DNA of 64,000 nt from an uncultured Candidatus Peribacteria bacterium (GCA_964427895.1 CAYRUZ010000004.1:16648-80647), one strand, 5' to 3'. Numbered from the stretch's first letter, positions 8,496-17,846 are shown. The notes: generated by a model from the letters alone, not told the origin. A program made the numbers and translations.

Positions 8496-9776
8496 ATGAC
8501 CAACCCCTCCACCAAAGTCGAACGTCTCGCGCAAGGACGCGTGCAATGCTCTATCACCTTCGGTGAAGAACAGCGCGCCAAAGGCGAAGCCTCTGCCCTG
8601 CAAATGCTCGCCGCCGGCGTGACGGTGGACGGCTTCCGTCCGGGAAAAGCTCCGCTCGACGTCGTACGCCAGCGGGTCAATCCGGAACGGCTTTTGGAGG
8701 AGACCATCCGCGCGTTGCTTCCCGAGACCATCTCGGCCCTCGCCGCGGAGCACAAGATCACGTCCATCATCCCGCCGCGCATCGAGGCCGTTTCCGAAAA
8801 TCCCCTGCAGGTACGCCTGACGTTCGTGGAGAAGCCGGCGGTAACGCTGAATGGAGCGGAGAAGATCAAAGTCGATGCGAAGCCCGTGGCGGTGGATGAC
8901 AAGGACGTGGAGCGGGTGGTTGCGGCGATGCGCGACGAATACAAGACCGCGAAGGAAGTCGATCGCCCGGCGAAGTCCGGCGATCAGGTGACGGTCGATT
9001 TCTGGGCGGAGGATGCCGAGAAAAACCGCATCGAACAGCTCACCGCGACGCAGTACCAGGCCGTCATCGGCAGCAACACGCTCCTGCCGGGCATGGAGGA
9101 CGGCATGATCGGACTCACGAAGGGGGCGGCGAAGGACGTAACGGTGACGCTGCCGGAGAAGCACCAGCTCGAAGCCCTGCGCGGCAAGTCCCTCACCTTC
9201 CACATCACGGCATCGAAAGTGGAGGAACTCAGCGCGCCGGAATTGAACGATGCATTCGCCCAGGAGAAGTTCCAGCTCGCCACGCTCCAGGCACTCAAGG
9301 ACGAAGTCCGTTCGACGCTCGAGCGCGAGGAGGCGACGGGCGAGCGCGTGCGCCGCGAGCGCGAAGTACTCGACGCGCTGCGCAAGGCGACGACGGTAGA
9401 CCTGGCACCCGAATTGCTGGAGGCCGAGGAGCGCGTGATGCTTGAGGATCTGCGCCAGCGGCTCGAAGAGCAGGGTCTCGACTTCGCCGAGTGGGTGAAA
9501 CGCAGCGGCAAGACTAACGAGGAAATCGCCAAGGACCTGCGCGAGCGCGCCACCGAACGCCTCACGCTGCGCTTCGGGCTGGAGAAACTGATCGAACAGA
9601 AGAACGTCGCCGTCAGCGAGCAGGAAATGGATGCCGCGATCAGGCAGCAGCTCCAGCGCTTCCCGGAAGATCAGCGGATCGACGCCGCCAGCCTCTTCCA
9701 GAAAGGCGAGGACGGATACGTCCAGCTCGAGTGGCAGACGAAGGTCGAAAAGGCCCTCGCGGACTACCTCAAGTAA
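8496..9776 (+). CDS. tig: trigger factor
   Basis: GFRPGKAP ribosome-binding signature, PPIase-like middle domain, helical C-terminal arm. Start ATG 8496 lies 9 nt after TATCCT. Confidence 0.9.
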   Translation: MTNPSTKVERLAQGRVQCSITFGEEQRAKGEASALQMLAAGVTVDGFRPGKAPLDVVRQRVNPERLLEETIRALLPETISALAAEHKITSIIPPRIEAVSENPLQVRLTFVEKPAVTLNGAEKIKVDAKPVAVDDKDVERVVAAMRDEYKTAKEVDRPAKSGDQVTVDFWAEDAEKNRIEQLTATQYQAVIGSNTLLPGMEDGMIGLTKGAAKDVTVTLPEKHQLEALRGKSLTFHITASKVEELSAPELNDAFAQEKFQLATLQALKDEVRSTLEREEATGERVRREREVLDALRKATTVDLAPELLEAEERVMLEDLRQRLEEQGLDFAEWVKRSGKTNEEIAKDLRERATERLTLRFGLEKLIEQKNVAVSEQEMDAAIRQQLQRFPEDQRIDAASLFQKGEDGYVQLEWQTKVEKALADYLK

Positions 9777-9785
9777 ATCCGGGGC

Positions 9786-11675
9786 TCACTCCCCTTTCAC
9801 CCATTTCACGCCGATGTGGCGCTCGGGATTCACGTTCTTAAGCAAGCGGCAGGTTTTGCGATGGATACACACTTCGCCGTTGCGTCCGATGACGCCCAGG
9901 AGGGCCACCGACCGAGCGTCGTCCGGCTTGCAACAGCGAGCAAACCGATGAGGCAAAGGAACACCCCCCTCGATGCGCACGCCGAGGGGCGACGGCTTAT
10001 CGACCTTCCCCTTTACCGCGCGCTGGTGCGTGACTGTGTGCAGCTCGTCGATCTGCAGGATCGCCGACGCGAGCTTGATCTGACCCGTGCCCACTTTCGA
10101 CACGAATTCCTCGCGAGCGGCCACGGTCGTCCGCTTCCCTTCGAGCGTACGCAACACCGTGTAGTCGGGATCGAGCGGCTCGTGTTGCCTTTTGCGCAGC
10201 TCCGCGTTGAGTAAGTCGCGGCCGCGAGCAAGGCTCATCAGACGGTCTTTCGTCGCGAGGTAGCGCTTCAGGCGCGAGCGGGCTGAAGCGGTTTTGAGCA
10301 AATTGAGCCAGCGGGGCGAGGGGTGCGGCTCACGCTGCTTGAGCACTTCCACGATGTCTCCGTTGGTGAGACGGTATTCCATCGGCACGATGGACCCGTT
10401 CACCCTCGCGGCGCGGAAAGAGATGCCCACCTCGGTATGCAGGTGGAAGGCGAAATCAAGCGGCGTCGCGCCTTCGGGCAACTCGAAGACCTCCCCCTTG
10501 GGGGTCAGCACAAAGATGTTGTCGCGCAGGCTGGGGCGCCGCCCCTTCTCCACGTCTTCCTTCAGCGACACCAAGCGGTGGATCGTCTCTCCACCGGCTG
10601 CCTGGGTGCGCACGGACCCGCGCTCCTTGTAACTCCAGTGAGCGGCGATGCCGTATTCGGATTCGACGTGCATGCGCTCGGTGCGGATCTGCACCTCGAC
10701 GAGCATGCCCTCGGGCACTTCGGGCAGCTGCGCCAGGGTGGTGTGGAGACTCTGGTAGCCGTTGGGCTTCGGGAAAGCGATGTAATCCTTGAAACGGTTC
10801 GGCACGGGATGTCCGATGTGGTGCAACAATCCCAGCGTCTGGTAGCACTGCGTCTCGTCCCCGACGATTACGCGAATGGCGAAGAGGTCATACAGATCGT
10901 GGATCGCGGAGAGACTCTTGCGATCCATCTTGATGAAGATGCTGTACGGCTGCTTCTCGCGCACCTCCACTCGTGCACGCACGCCGTTCTGCCGGAGGAA
11001 CTTCATTACGGCCGACGCGGACTTCTCCAAAAACCGCCCACTCTTTTGCTTGAGACGATCCAGTTGTTCCCCGATCAGTTCGCTGTCGGTGGGATGGGCA
11101 ATGGGGAAGGCCAACTCTTCCAGCTCATGCTTGAGAGCGTAAATACCCAGACGGGCAGCCACGGGGGCATACAGCCGCAGGACATCGCGGCACAGACCCA
11201 CGCGTTCTTTCGGCGAGACGGCGTCGATGCGACGCATTGCGTACGCCTTCGCGCAGAGCACGACGAGGACCACGCGCAAATCGCTGGAAATGCGCAGGAA
11301 CATGAGGCGCAGATTATCGATCGACATGCGCCGGGAGTTCACCTCGATGCGCGAAAGCAGATGGATGCCGCGAACGATGGTGCGCACGTCTCGGCCGAAG
11401 CGCTTCTCCAGGTCCACGGCAGACCAGCGGCCGTCATCAAGCGCATGATGGAGGATGGTGGCGATCACGGTGTCCGCATCCGGCGAAAAACGCATGAGCA
11501 CTTCCGTCACCCCCAGGACGTGCTGCATCACCGTCTCCCCGCTCCAGTGCATGCGCTCCCCATACAACTCCTGCGCCACTGCGACCGCTTCCTGCACCCG
11601 ACGGCGCTCCTTCGGAGGAAAATCATCTCCGATGGAGGCGGCCAATGGTGCGTGCAGGGTGCTTAACGTCGCCAT
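9786..11675 (-). CDS. relA: RelA/SpoT-family (p)ppGpp synthetase, hydrolase motif degenerate
   Basis: Synthetase motifs DLFAIRVIV, FKDYIAFPKPNGYQSLHT, VEVQIRT..MH..EYGIAAHWSYK. TGS and C-terminal regulatory region present. The N-terminal HD domain reads LHHALDDG instead of LHD..EDT. Confidence 0.9.
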   Translation of the reverse strand: MATLSTLHAPLAASIGDDFPPKERRRVQEAVAVAQELYGERMHWSGETVMQHVLGVTEVLMRFSPDADTVIATILHHALDDGRWSAVDLEKRFGRDVRTIVRGIHLLSRIEVNSRRMSIDNLRLMFLRISSDLRVVLVVLCAKAYAMRRIDAVSPKERVGLCRDVLRLYAPVAARLGIYALKHELEELAFPIAHPTDSELIGEQLDRLKQKSGRFLEKSASAVMKFLRQNGVRARVEVREKQPYSIFIKMDRKSLSAIHDLYDLFAIRVIVGDETQCYQTLGLLHHIGHPVPNRFKDYIAFPKPNGYQSLHTTLAQLPEVPEGMLVEVQIRTERMHVESEYGIAAHWSYKERGSVRTQAAGGETIHRLVSLKEDVEKGRRPSLRDNIFVLTPKGEVFELPEGATPLDFAFHLHTEVGISFRAARVNGSIVPMEYRLTNGDIVEVLKQREPHPSPRWLNLLKTASARSRLKRYLATKDRLMSLARGRDLLNAELRKRQHEPLDPDYTVLRTLEGKRTTVAAREEFVSKVGTGQIKLASAILQIDELHTVTHQRAVKGKVDKPSPLGVRIEGGVPLPHRFARCCKPDDARSVALLGVIGRNGEVCIHRKTCRLLKNVNPERHIGVKWVKGE

Positions 11676-12025
11676 GGTCAGGACATGGTACGGCTCATGC
11701 GGCAGCCGGGCAACGACTTTCCGGGGTCCCGCCGATCACCACGCGGACGCTTCAATCGCATATTTGGCGAGCAGACGGACAAAATGGCGGAATCTTACCA
11801 GGATCTCTTGACTGAAAAGCATTCTGGATTAGACTGTGGGCAAGTCCGAAGACCGAGGGCACTAGGCCGCAGGCCGAACGTAAGTCCCTCCGAGGCATAC
11901 AGCATCGGTCACCCGGTTCCGACTTGATGATTCGTGCCGTGTGCCTCGCTGGTCTCCCGGACGGTATGAAAGGGAGACCTTTGGCATGTGCCTCACACAC
12001 TCCCCTCACCCCTCCCCAAGACTTT
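11676..12025 (+). promoter_or_regulatory. long rplJ 5' leader (possible L10-leader autoregulatory RNA) plus divergent relA promoter
   Basis: 350-nt gap before rplJ with a perfect 8-bp hairpin GGTCTCCC(11951-11958)/GGGAGACC(11972-11979). Assigned by position only. Confidence 0.3.
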
Positions 12026-12679
12026 ATGGCTCTCACCCGCCAGCAAAAGGCCGACCAGCTCAACGAGCTCAAGACGATGTTGAAGAACACGAAGTCCGTC
12101 ATGTTCGCGCACTACATCGGACTCAAGGTCGCCGACGTGTCCGAACTGCGCGGCAAATTGAAGGAGTCCAAGGCCGAGATGAAGGTGGCGAAGAAGACCC
12201 TCATGCGCATCGCCACGAAGGACGCGGGTCTGCCGGAAGTCGATGACAAGATCCTCGACGGCGCCGTCGCCTGCATCTTCAGCTACGATGACCCGCTCGT
12301 CGGAGCCCAGATCGCCTTCAAGTTCGGCAAGGATCACCAGCAAGTGAAACTGATCGGCGGCTTCTACGAAGGCAAGGTTGTGTCGGCCGATGAAGCCGTT
12401 GCCCTCGCCAAGATTCCGTCCCGCCTCCAACTCCTCGGTATCTTCGCCGGCATGCTCAACACGCCGCTGCGCAGCTTTGCCATCGCCGTCAGCGAGATCG
12501 CCAAGAAGAAAAGCGAGCCCGCCGCTCCGGCCGCTGCCGCTGCCCCCGCCGCCGAGGCTCCTGCTGCCGCTCCGGCAGCCGAAGCTCCTGCTGCTGAGGC
12601 CGCTCCCGCCGCTGAAGCACCTGCCGCAGAGGCTCCTGCCGCTCCGACGGAGCCGGCCGCCGAAACTCCCGCTGCCTAA
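12026..12679 (+). CDS. rplJ: 50S ribosomal protein L10 with Ala/Pro/Glu-rich C-terminal extension
   Basis: [16 protein letters not shown]...[17 protein letters not shown] is a typical L10 N-terminus. Lies directly upstream of rplL. Start ATG 12026 within track ORF 11924..12679. Confidence 0.9.
   Translation: MALTRQQKADQLNELKTMLKNTKSVMFAHYIGLKVADVSELRGKLKESKAEMKVAKKTLMRIATKDAGLPEVDDKILDGAVACIFSYDDPLVGAQIAFKFGKDHQQVKLIGGFYEGKVVSADEAVALAKIPSRLQLLGIFAGMLNTPLRSFAIAVSEIAKKKSEPAAPAAAAAPAAEAPAAAPAAEAPAAEAAPAAEAPAAEAPAAPTEPAAETPAA
12517..12676 (+). repeat. coding low-complexity tandem repeat (AEAPAA-like units) in the rplJ 3' end
   Basis: Encodes [53 protein letters not shown]. Confidence 0.7.
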
Positions 12680-12714
12680 TCGTTCACCCCTTTATCCCCT
12701 TTTCCCTATCTATC

Positions 12715-13110
12715 ATGTCTGATCAGGTTACCCTCTCCGCCGGAGAAAAGGCGGTGATCGACGCCCTCGAGAAGCTCAACGTCGTCGAGCTCAACAACGT
12801 CGTGAAGTACATGGAACAGGTGTACGGCATCTCCGCCGCTCCTGTCGCTGTTGCCGCTGCTGGCGGCGGTGCTGCCGCTGGTGCTGGCGAAGAAGAGAAG
12901 AGCTCCTACAACGTCGAACTGACGGATGCTGGCGCTCAGAAGATCGCCGTCATCAAGGTCGTCCGCGAACTGACGGGCCTGCCTCTCGGCGATGCCAAGG
13001 CTGCCGTCGACGGCGCTCCGAAGGTCATCAAGGAAGGTGTTGCCAAGGCCGATGCCGAGGCGATGAAGAAGAAGCTCGAGGAGGCCGGCGCAAAGGTCTC
13101 GCTCAAGTAA
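12715..13110 (+). CDS. rplL: 50S ribosomal protein L7/L12
   Basis: N-terminal dimerisation helix, Ala/Gly hinge, C-terminal [28 protein letters not shown]. Confidence 0.95.
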   Translation: MSDQVTLSAGEKAVIDALEKLNVVELNNVVKYMEQVYGISAAPVAVAAAGGGAAAGAGEEEKSSYNVELTDAGAQKIAVIKVVRELTGLPLGDAKAAVDGAPKVIKEGVAKADAEAMKKKLEEAGAKVSLK

Positions 13111-13137
13111 TTTTCCTCAGAGAATACCTCAGAAAAA

Positions 13138-13160
13138 GGGGCCCTTTGGGCCCTTTTTTC
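13138..13160 (+). terminator. intrinsic terminator after rplL
   Basis: GGGGCCC-TTT-GGGCCC hairpin followed by TTTTTT. Confidence 0.8.
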
Positions 13161-13256
13161 GTTTTTCATCCAAAAAGAGATCGACCATCCGGGAGCACAG
13201 GAGTGCCTCATTGACCGATTTGACGTCTGAGGATACATCGTACTACTTCGTGCAAA

Positions 13257-13284
13257 TTGACAACTGCAGAGGAATTCCTATACT
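13257..13284 (+). promoter_or_regulatory. near-consensus promoter TTGACA-N16-TATACT
   Basis: -35 at 13257-13262, -10 at 13279-13284. Leaves a ~90-nt structured leader before ATG 13381. Confidence 0.5.
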
Positions 13285-13380
13285 GGGGGTAAGCAGAAAT
13301 CCTTCGTAAGTCCTATCGGTCACCGAGAAACTCGTAGAAGGAACCACTGCACTTATTATCCCTTCTACCCATTTCTCGTT

Positions 13381-13674
13381 ATGGCTGATCAGCAGCTCAT
13401 GTGCCGCGATTGCGGAGCCCCGTTCACGTTCACGGATGGCGAACAGCAGTTCTACGCCACCAAGAACCTGAGCGCTCCCCAGCGCTGCAAAAATTGCCGC
13501 CAGGCCCGCAAGGACCAGCGCGGCTCGATGCGCGAAATGCACGATGCCGTCTGTGCTCAGTGCGGCAAGCCGTGCCAGGTTCCGTTCAAGCCGCGCCCCG
13601 TTGAGGAGGGCGGCAAGCCGGTTCTCTGCCGCGATTGCTTCCAGGCTTCGCGCTCTGGTGGCGATATGGCCTAA
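13381..13674 (+). CDS. double zinc-ribbon protein (zf-trcl-like)
   Basis: Two copies of CxxCG..F.F...Q.FY....P.RC..CR (CRDCGAPFTF...RCKNCRQ; CAQCGKPCQVPF...LCRDCFQ). Confidence 0.8.
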   Translation: MADQQLMCRDCGAPFTFTDGEQQFYATKNLSAPQRCKNCRQARKDQRGSMREMHDAVCAQCGKPCQVPFKPRPVEEGGKPVLCRDCFQASRSGGDMA

Positions 13675-13700
13675 ATGCCGTTGCGCATTGGACGAACGAA

Positions 13701-13724
13701 GGAGGCTGAAAAGCCTCCTTTTTC
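13701..13724 (+). terminator. intrinsic terminator
   Basis: GGAGGCT-GAAA-AGCCTCC hairpin followed by TTTTT. Confidence 0.8.
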
Positions 13725-13762
13725 GTTCCAGCCGAGGAAGGGAATATGGTATAATGGCAGTG

Positions 13763-14035
13763 ATGCCTGCCAAGAAGTCGACGTCTGCGACAAAGAAGCA
13801 CTGGCGCCACCGCCTGTCGTGGAAGTGGGTGCTGGCGTCCTTGGGCGGTATTTCCGCCGTGTATGTCGCGCTCGTGGCTACGGGGCACGGCCCGGTCACC
13901 GCGAGCCAAGGAATGTACTACTGTCCGGCGGAGAAGACGGCTTGCGCCAACGGCCACTGCGATGACATGCCCATGTGCAAAGACGGCAAGTGCAGCGCGT
14001 CATGCCCTGGCAACTGCCACATGAAGCCGGCATAA
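13763..14035 (+). CDS. small membrane-anchored Cys/His-rich protein
   Basis: TM helix WVLASLGGISAVYVALVATG, then CPAEKTACANGHCDDMPMCKDGKCSASCPGNCH. TATAAT(13750-13755)-N7-ATG 13763. Alternative ATG at 13754. Confidence 0.6.
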   Translation: MPAKKSTSATKKHWRHRLSWKWVLASLGGISAVYVALVATGHGPVTASQGMYYCPAEKTACANGHCDDMPMCKDGKCSASCPGNCHMKPA

Positions 14036-14036
14036 T

Positions 14037-14486
14037 GTGATCGTGCGTTTCCTCCGCTCCTCCCGCTTCTGGCTGGTGTTTGCAGTGGCAGGTGTCGTAT
14101 TCGGACTGCTGCTGCTGTGGGAATCCGGAGCCTTCGCCGGAGCGATCTACTCCCTTCCGCGCGCTGCGCCGCTGACGACGTCGGAGACGCTCTTCGCCGT
14201 GGCTATCGTGCTGCTGCTCGCGTTCAACAGCGGACTCTTCGCATGGCAGCAGAAGGAGGGCACATGCCCCATCGGGACGCGACGAGCGACGAGCGCCGCT
14301 GGCGCGTTGGGCGCCATCACTCTCGTCTGCCCCGTGTGCCTGCTGATTCCCGTCTCCATCCTGGGCACCGGCCTCACGCTCAGCTTGCTCGCCCCGTATC
14401 TCCCGCTGCTGCGCTTCCTATCACTCGTGTTGCTGGTCGTAAGCGCCGTGAAATTGTGGCCCCACGAACCCCGTAAACGGCGATGA
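14037..14486 (+). CDS. integral membrane protein with CPIG/CPVC motifs
   Basis: 149 aa, about four hydrophobic helices. GTG start 2 nt after the upstream stop. Confidence 0.6.
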   Translation: MIVRFLRSSRFWLVFAVAGVVFGLLLLWESGAFAGAIYSLPRAAPLTTSETLFAVAIVLLLAFNSGLFAWQQKEGTCPIGTRRATSAAGALGAITLVCPVCLLIPVSILGTGLTLSLLAPYLPLLRFLSLVLLVVSAVKLWPHEPRKRR

Positions 14487-15199
14487 CCGGACTCCCCTCG
14501 CGCACGCGGCGCGCGGAGATCGATATCCTGCGCACCATCGCCATCCTGGGCATGGTCGTCTATCACGCGTCCTTCGACGTTTGGTTGCTTAACGGCACCC
14601 TGTACCACGTACAAGAAATCGGATGGTGGTTGCTGGCGCGGAGTGTGGCCACGCTTTTCCTGTTGCTGGCGGGATGCAGCTCCGTCCTGTCGCTGGCGGG
14701 CAAGACCTCGCAAGAACGCTGGAGAACGATGTGGCGCCGCTGCGTCCGGATCGGCGCTGCGGCTGCAGCCGTCTCCCTCGCCACCTATGTGGCGGCACCG
14801 GAGGACTACGTCCGCTTCGGCATCCTGCATCTCATCGCCGTCGGATCGATCATCCTGACGCTCACGGTCGATTGGGGCCATTGGACCGGCGTCTTGGGCG
14901 TGACCGTACTCGCCATCGGCCGCTTGATGCTTCGACGCACGGTGGAGACCCACCTGCTTCTGCCTCTTGGACTGGTGTACCCCGAATTCGCATCGATGGA
15001 TTATTTTCCCCTATTTCCCTGGCTCGGCGTGATGCTCCTGGGACAATGGCTCGGATGGGTGATCTACGTGCGGCACTCGCCCCCACTCATAGCCCAATCG
15101 CAGCGCTGGAAAGCGCTGACGCTCCCGGGCCGCTATTCCCTCACCGTGTACTTGCTCCATCAGCCTCTGATTCTCGGCCTGCTCTGGCTGGTGTGGTAG
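14483..15199 (+). CDS. DUF1624/HGSNAT-like membrane acyltransferase-family protein
   Basis: N-terminus EIDILRTIAILGMVVYHASFD, multi-TM. 4-nt overlap with the upstream gene. Confidence 0.7.
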   Translation: MTGLPSRTRRAEIDILRTIAILGMVVYHASFDVWLLNGTLYHVQEIGWWLLARSVATLFLLLAGCSSVLSLAGKTSQERWRTMWRRCVRIGAAAAAVSLATYVAAPEDYVRFGILHLIAVGSIILTLTVDWGHWTGVLGVTVLAIGRLMLRRTVETHLLLPLGLVYPEFASMDYFPLFPWLGVMLLGQWLGWVIYVRHSPPLIAQSQRWKALTLPGRYSLTVYLLHQPLILGLLWLVW

Positions 15200-15305
15200 G
15201 GCAAGAATAGCGAGGCGCCGACGGGTCTTTTCTGCAAGGCCAAGACCAGAAAGTCCCCGAAAATCCCCCGCATTTCGCCGGCCCTTCGTGTACACTCTCC
15301 CGGTC

Positions 15306-16877
15306 ATGACTTTCACCTCTCGCCGTGTCAGCGAAGAGCGTCCTTCTCGCAGCCTCCCCTGGAAGAAATGGGCACTGGCCGCGTGGGCCGCGCTGCGGTA
15401 CATGTGGCGGAGCAAGAAGCATCAAGACGAAGTGAAAGAAGAACGTGCGGCGCAGGAGGAAGCGGAGGAAAAACGCGTCAATGTGCTGAAGCGCGTGCTC
15501 GTAATCCTCTGCGGCCTGCTTTTGGCGGTGGCACTCGTGGCTTTCGCCCTGCGTGCCCTCGCGAACATGCAGATTCTCTCCGTGAAGAACATCGTCTTCT
15601 CCGTGGCTGCGGAATTGCCCAAAGACCAGTACGGACATACGAACATCCTGCTTCTGGGAACGGGAGACAAAGATCATGACGGCATAGATTTGACCGACAG
15701 CATGATGATCGCGTCACTCGACTCCAAGACCCAGAGCGTGGTGATGCTCTCCATCCCGCGCGACCTATGGGTGACGAAGGGCAAGCGTACGAGCAACGGC
15801 CGCATCAACACGATCTACCGGGACCTGAAAGGGGCAGTGGCCGAAGAACTCGGCATCAAGCGCGACGAGGCGTCCCACCAGGCCCTGCTGGAAACTGCCG
15901 AGGAGATCGGCGGCCTGTTCGGGCTCGAGATCCATGGCGTGGTGAAAGCGAACTTCTCGGGCTTCGTGCAGTTGGTGGATGAGATCGGCGGAGTGGAAGT
16001 GGACGTACCCTATGACATCGTCGACACGACGTATCCCGGTCCTCAACCCGATACATACCAGACGTTCCGCGTGAGCAAAGGCAAGCACCTTTTCGACGGC
16101 GAAACGGCCCTCAAATATGCCCGCAGCCGCCACACCACGAGCGACTTCGGGCGTTCGGCTCGCCAGCAACAGCTGCTGCGCGCATTGAAGGAAAAGATCG
16201 AACGCGAGGGCCTGCTGCGCAGTCCCGGAACCATCCTGTCGATGATCTCCATCCTGGGAGAAAACGTGGAAACGACGTTCTCCAACCGGGAACTGGTCGC
16301 CCTGGCCGAACAGGGCATGGACGTGCAACAGGGCAACATGCTCAGTATCCAGCTGCACGCCACGAGCGGCATGGCGGGGGGCTTCCTCTATCCGCCTCCT
16401 CGCGAGGAATTCGGCGGAGCATCGGTGCTCCTGCCCACGGGCGGCAGCCAGGGATGGCCCCGTATCCAGACCTTCACGCATCTGACGATGGACGTGCGTT
16501 GGCCGTACTTGCTGCATCCGGATATCCACATCGTCAATTCCGGCGCCGCTCCGGGATCTGCGGGCAAGCTGGGAGAAGAGCTAACGCTCTTCGGCCTGGG
16601 CGTAAGCGATGTCTCCAACGCCCCGGGCGGTCGCGATGCCCCGTCGGAAGCCCAATCGTTCATCACATCCACGGCCGACGAGGAGCTCACCGTCTTCGTA
16701 GCGCAATTGCTCGGCATGCCCATCCACACGCTGCCGGAAGATCCTGCGAGAGCTGGCACCGGGGCCCTAGCCCTGGGCAACGTGGATCGCAACGTCATCA
16801 CCGTCACGCTCGGGGAGGACTACACCTTCGCACCAGTCACTACCCTCCTCCAGCCCGCAACCGATGACCCCACGTGA
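15306..16877 (+). CDS. LytR-CpsA-Psr (LCP) family cell-envelope protein
   Basis: LLLGTGDKDHDGIDLTDSMMIASL, LSIPRDLWV, ALKYARSRHTTSDFGRSARQQQLL. N-terminal TM helix. Start ATG 15306 lies 9 nt after TACACT (track ORF starts at 15288). Confidence 0.85.
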   Translation: MTFTSRRVSEERPSRSLPWKKWALAAWAALRYMWRSKKHQDEVKEERAAQEEAEEKRVNVLKRVLVILCGLLLAVALVAFALRALANMQILSVKNIVFSVAAELPKDQYGHTNILLLGTGDKDHDGIDLTDSMMIASLDSKTQSVVMLSIPRDLWVTKGKRTSNGRINTIYRDLKGAVAEELGIKRDEASHQALLETAEEIGGLFGLEIHGVVKANFSGFVQLVDEIGGVEVDVPYDIVDTTYPGPQPDTYQTFRVSKGKHLFDGETALKYARSRHTTSDFGRSARQQQLLRALKEKIEREGLLRSPGTILSMISILGENVETTFSNRELVALAEQGMDVQQGNMLSIQLHATSGMAGGFLYPPPREEFGGASVLLPTGGSQGWPRIQTFTHLTMDVRWPYLLHPDIHIVNSGAAPGSAGKLGEELTLFGLGVSDVSNAPGGRDAPSEAQSFITSTADEELTVFVAQLLGMPIHTLPEDPARAGTGALALGNVDRNVITVTLGEDYTFAPVTTLLQPATDDPT

Positions 16878-17766
16878 GATCGTCGCAGAGGCCTGGGCCA
16901 TCGCCACGAAAGAACGCCAGCTCTGGTGGTGGGGATTCACCGAATCGTTTTTCCAAACCCTGCTGAACATCAAGCTCTTGGGGTATCAGGCCTATTTCAT
17001 CTATGCGTATTACAAGGGTAAGCAGGTGGGTCTGGCCGACGACTTCATTTGGCTCTACCACAACACAGGTCTGAGCATCACCATCGTCGTCATCGTCGTT
17101 TTCATCGTTCTCCTGGGTATCGAGTTCCTCATGCCGCACTTCACCGAAGGCGCCATCGTGGGCCTCTCGGCCCGCTCCTACCGGGGCGAGGAAATGAAAG
17201 GCGGCCTCGTTTTGGCGCTGTACAACTTCTTCCCGCTGTTCGCCCTCCACGAACTGTTCATCTTGAGCAGCTGGGCCACGGCCCTCACCGCCGTCTCGAT
17301 GAGCCTGCGGTATCTGCCCTGGGCCATCGCGCTGCCGGCTGTGTTCTTCATCGTCGGTATTTGGGTCGTCAGCAACGTTCTCAAGTTCTTCGCATCGTTC
17401 GGGCAGCAGGGCATCGTCATCAAAAAGCAGGGGGTATTCGAGAGTATGAGTCGCAGCTACAAGCTGATCGTCAGCCATGTAGGGCACATCATGTTCCTGC
17501 TCCTCCTGCTGTTCGTCATCTCCCTCCGCGTCTTGATCAACACCATCGTCATCCTGCTCATCCCCGGCGTCGCCATCGGCGTGGGCATCCTGCTGGCGTA
17601 CTTCTTCTCGCCGTTCATTTCCTACCTCGTGGGAGGAATCACCGCGATGCTCCTGGTGATTCTCACGAGTTACTTCCTGGCGTACTTGCACGTCTTCCGC
17701 TCGACCGTGTGGACGTTGATGTATCTCGAACTCGAGAAGCACAAAGACCTGGATATGTTCGACTGA
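16864..17766 (+). CDS. polytopic membrane protein, unknown function
   Basis: 300 aa with about seven hydrophobic helices. Overlaps the LCP gene end by 14 nt. Confidence 0.6.
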   Translation: MTPREIVAEAWAIATKERQLWWWGFTESFFQTLLNIKLLGYQAYFIYAYYKGKQVGLADDFIWLYHNTGLSITIVVIVVFIVLLGIEFLMPHFTEGAIVGLSARSYRGEEMKGGLVLALYNFFPLFALHELFILSSWATALTAVSMSLRYLPWAIALPAVFFIVGIWVVSNVLKFFASFGQQGIVIKKQGVFESMSRSYKLIVSHVGHIMFLLLLLFVISLRVLINTIVILLIPGVAIGVGILLAYFFSPFISYLVGGITAMLLVILTSYFLAYLHVFRSTVWTLMYLELEKHKDLDMFD

Positions 17767-17813
17767 GGGCCAAAAAACACAAAACTGCGGAGGACTATTG
17801 ACAGTGTACATCC

Positions 17814-17844
17814 GTCCACCTATCCTGGTGGACGTTCCTCCACC
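17814..17844 (+). promoter_or_regulatory. candidate LexA operator(s) overlapping the lexA promoter
   Basis: GTCCACC-TATCCT-GGTGGAC brackets the -10, followed by GGTGGA-N6-TCCACC ending 2 nt before ATG 17847. -35 TTGACA at 17798-17803. Confidence 0.35.
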
Positions 17845-17846
17845 AT

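Noticed and set aside
12517-12676. Tandem repeats (also the poly-Ser tract 33082..33168) as possible CRISPR or VNTR arrays
   Set aside because: They lie in-frame inside rplJ and the SLH gene and encode low-complexity linkers. There is no repeat-spacer architecture and no cas genes.
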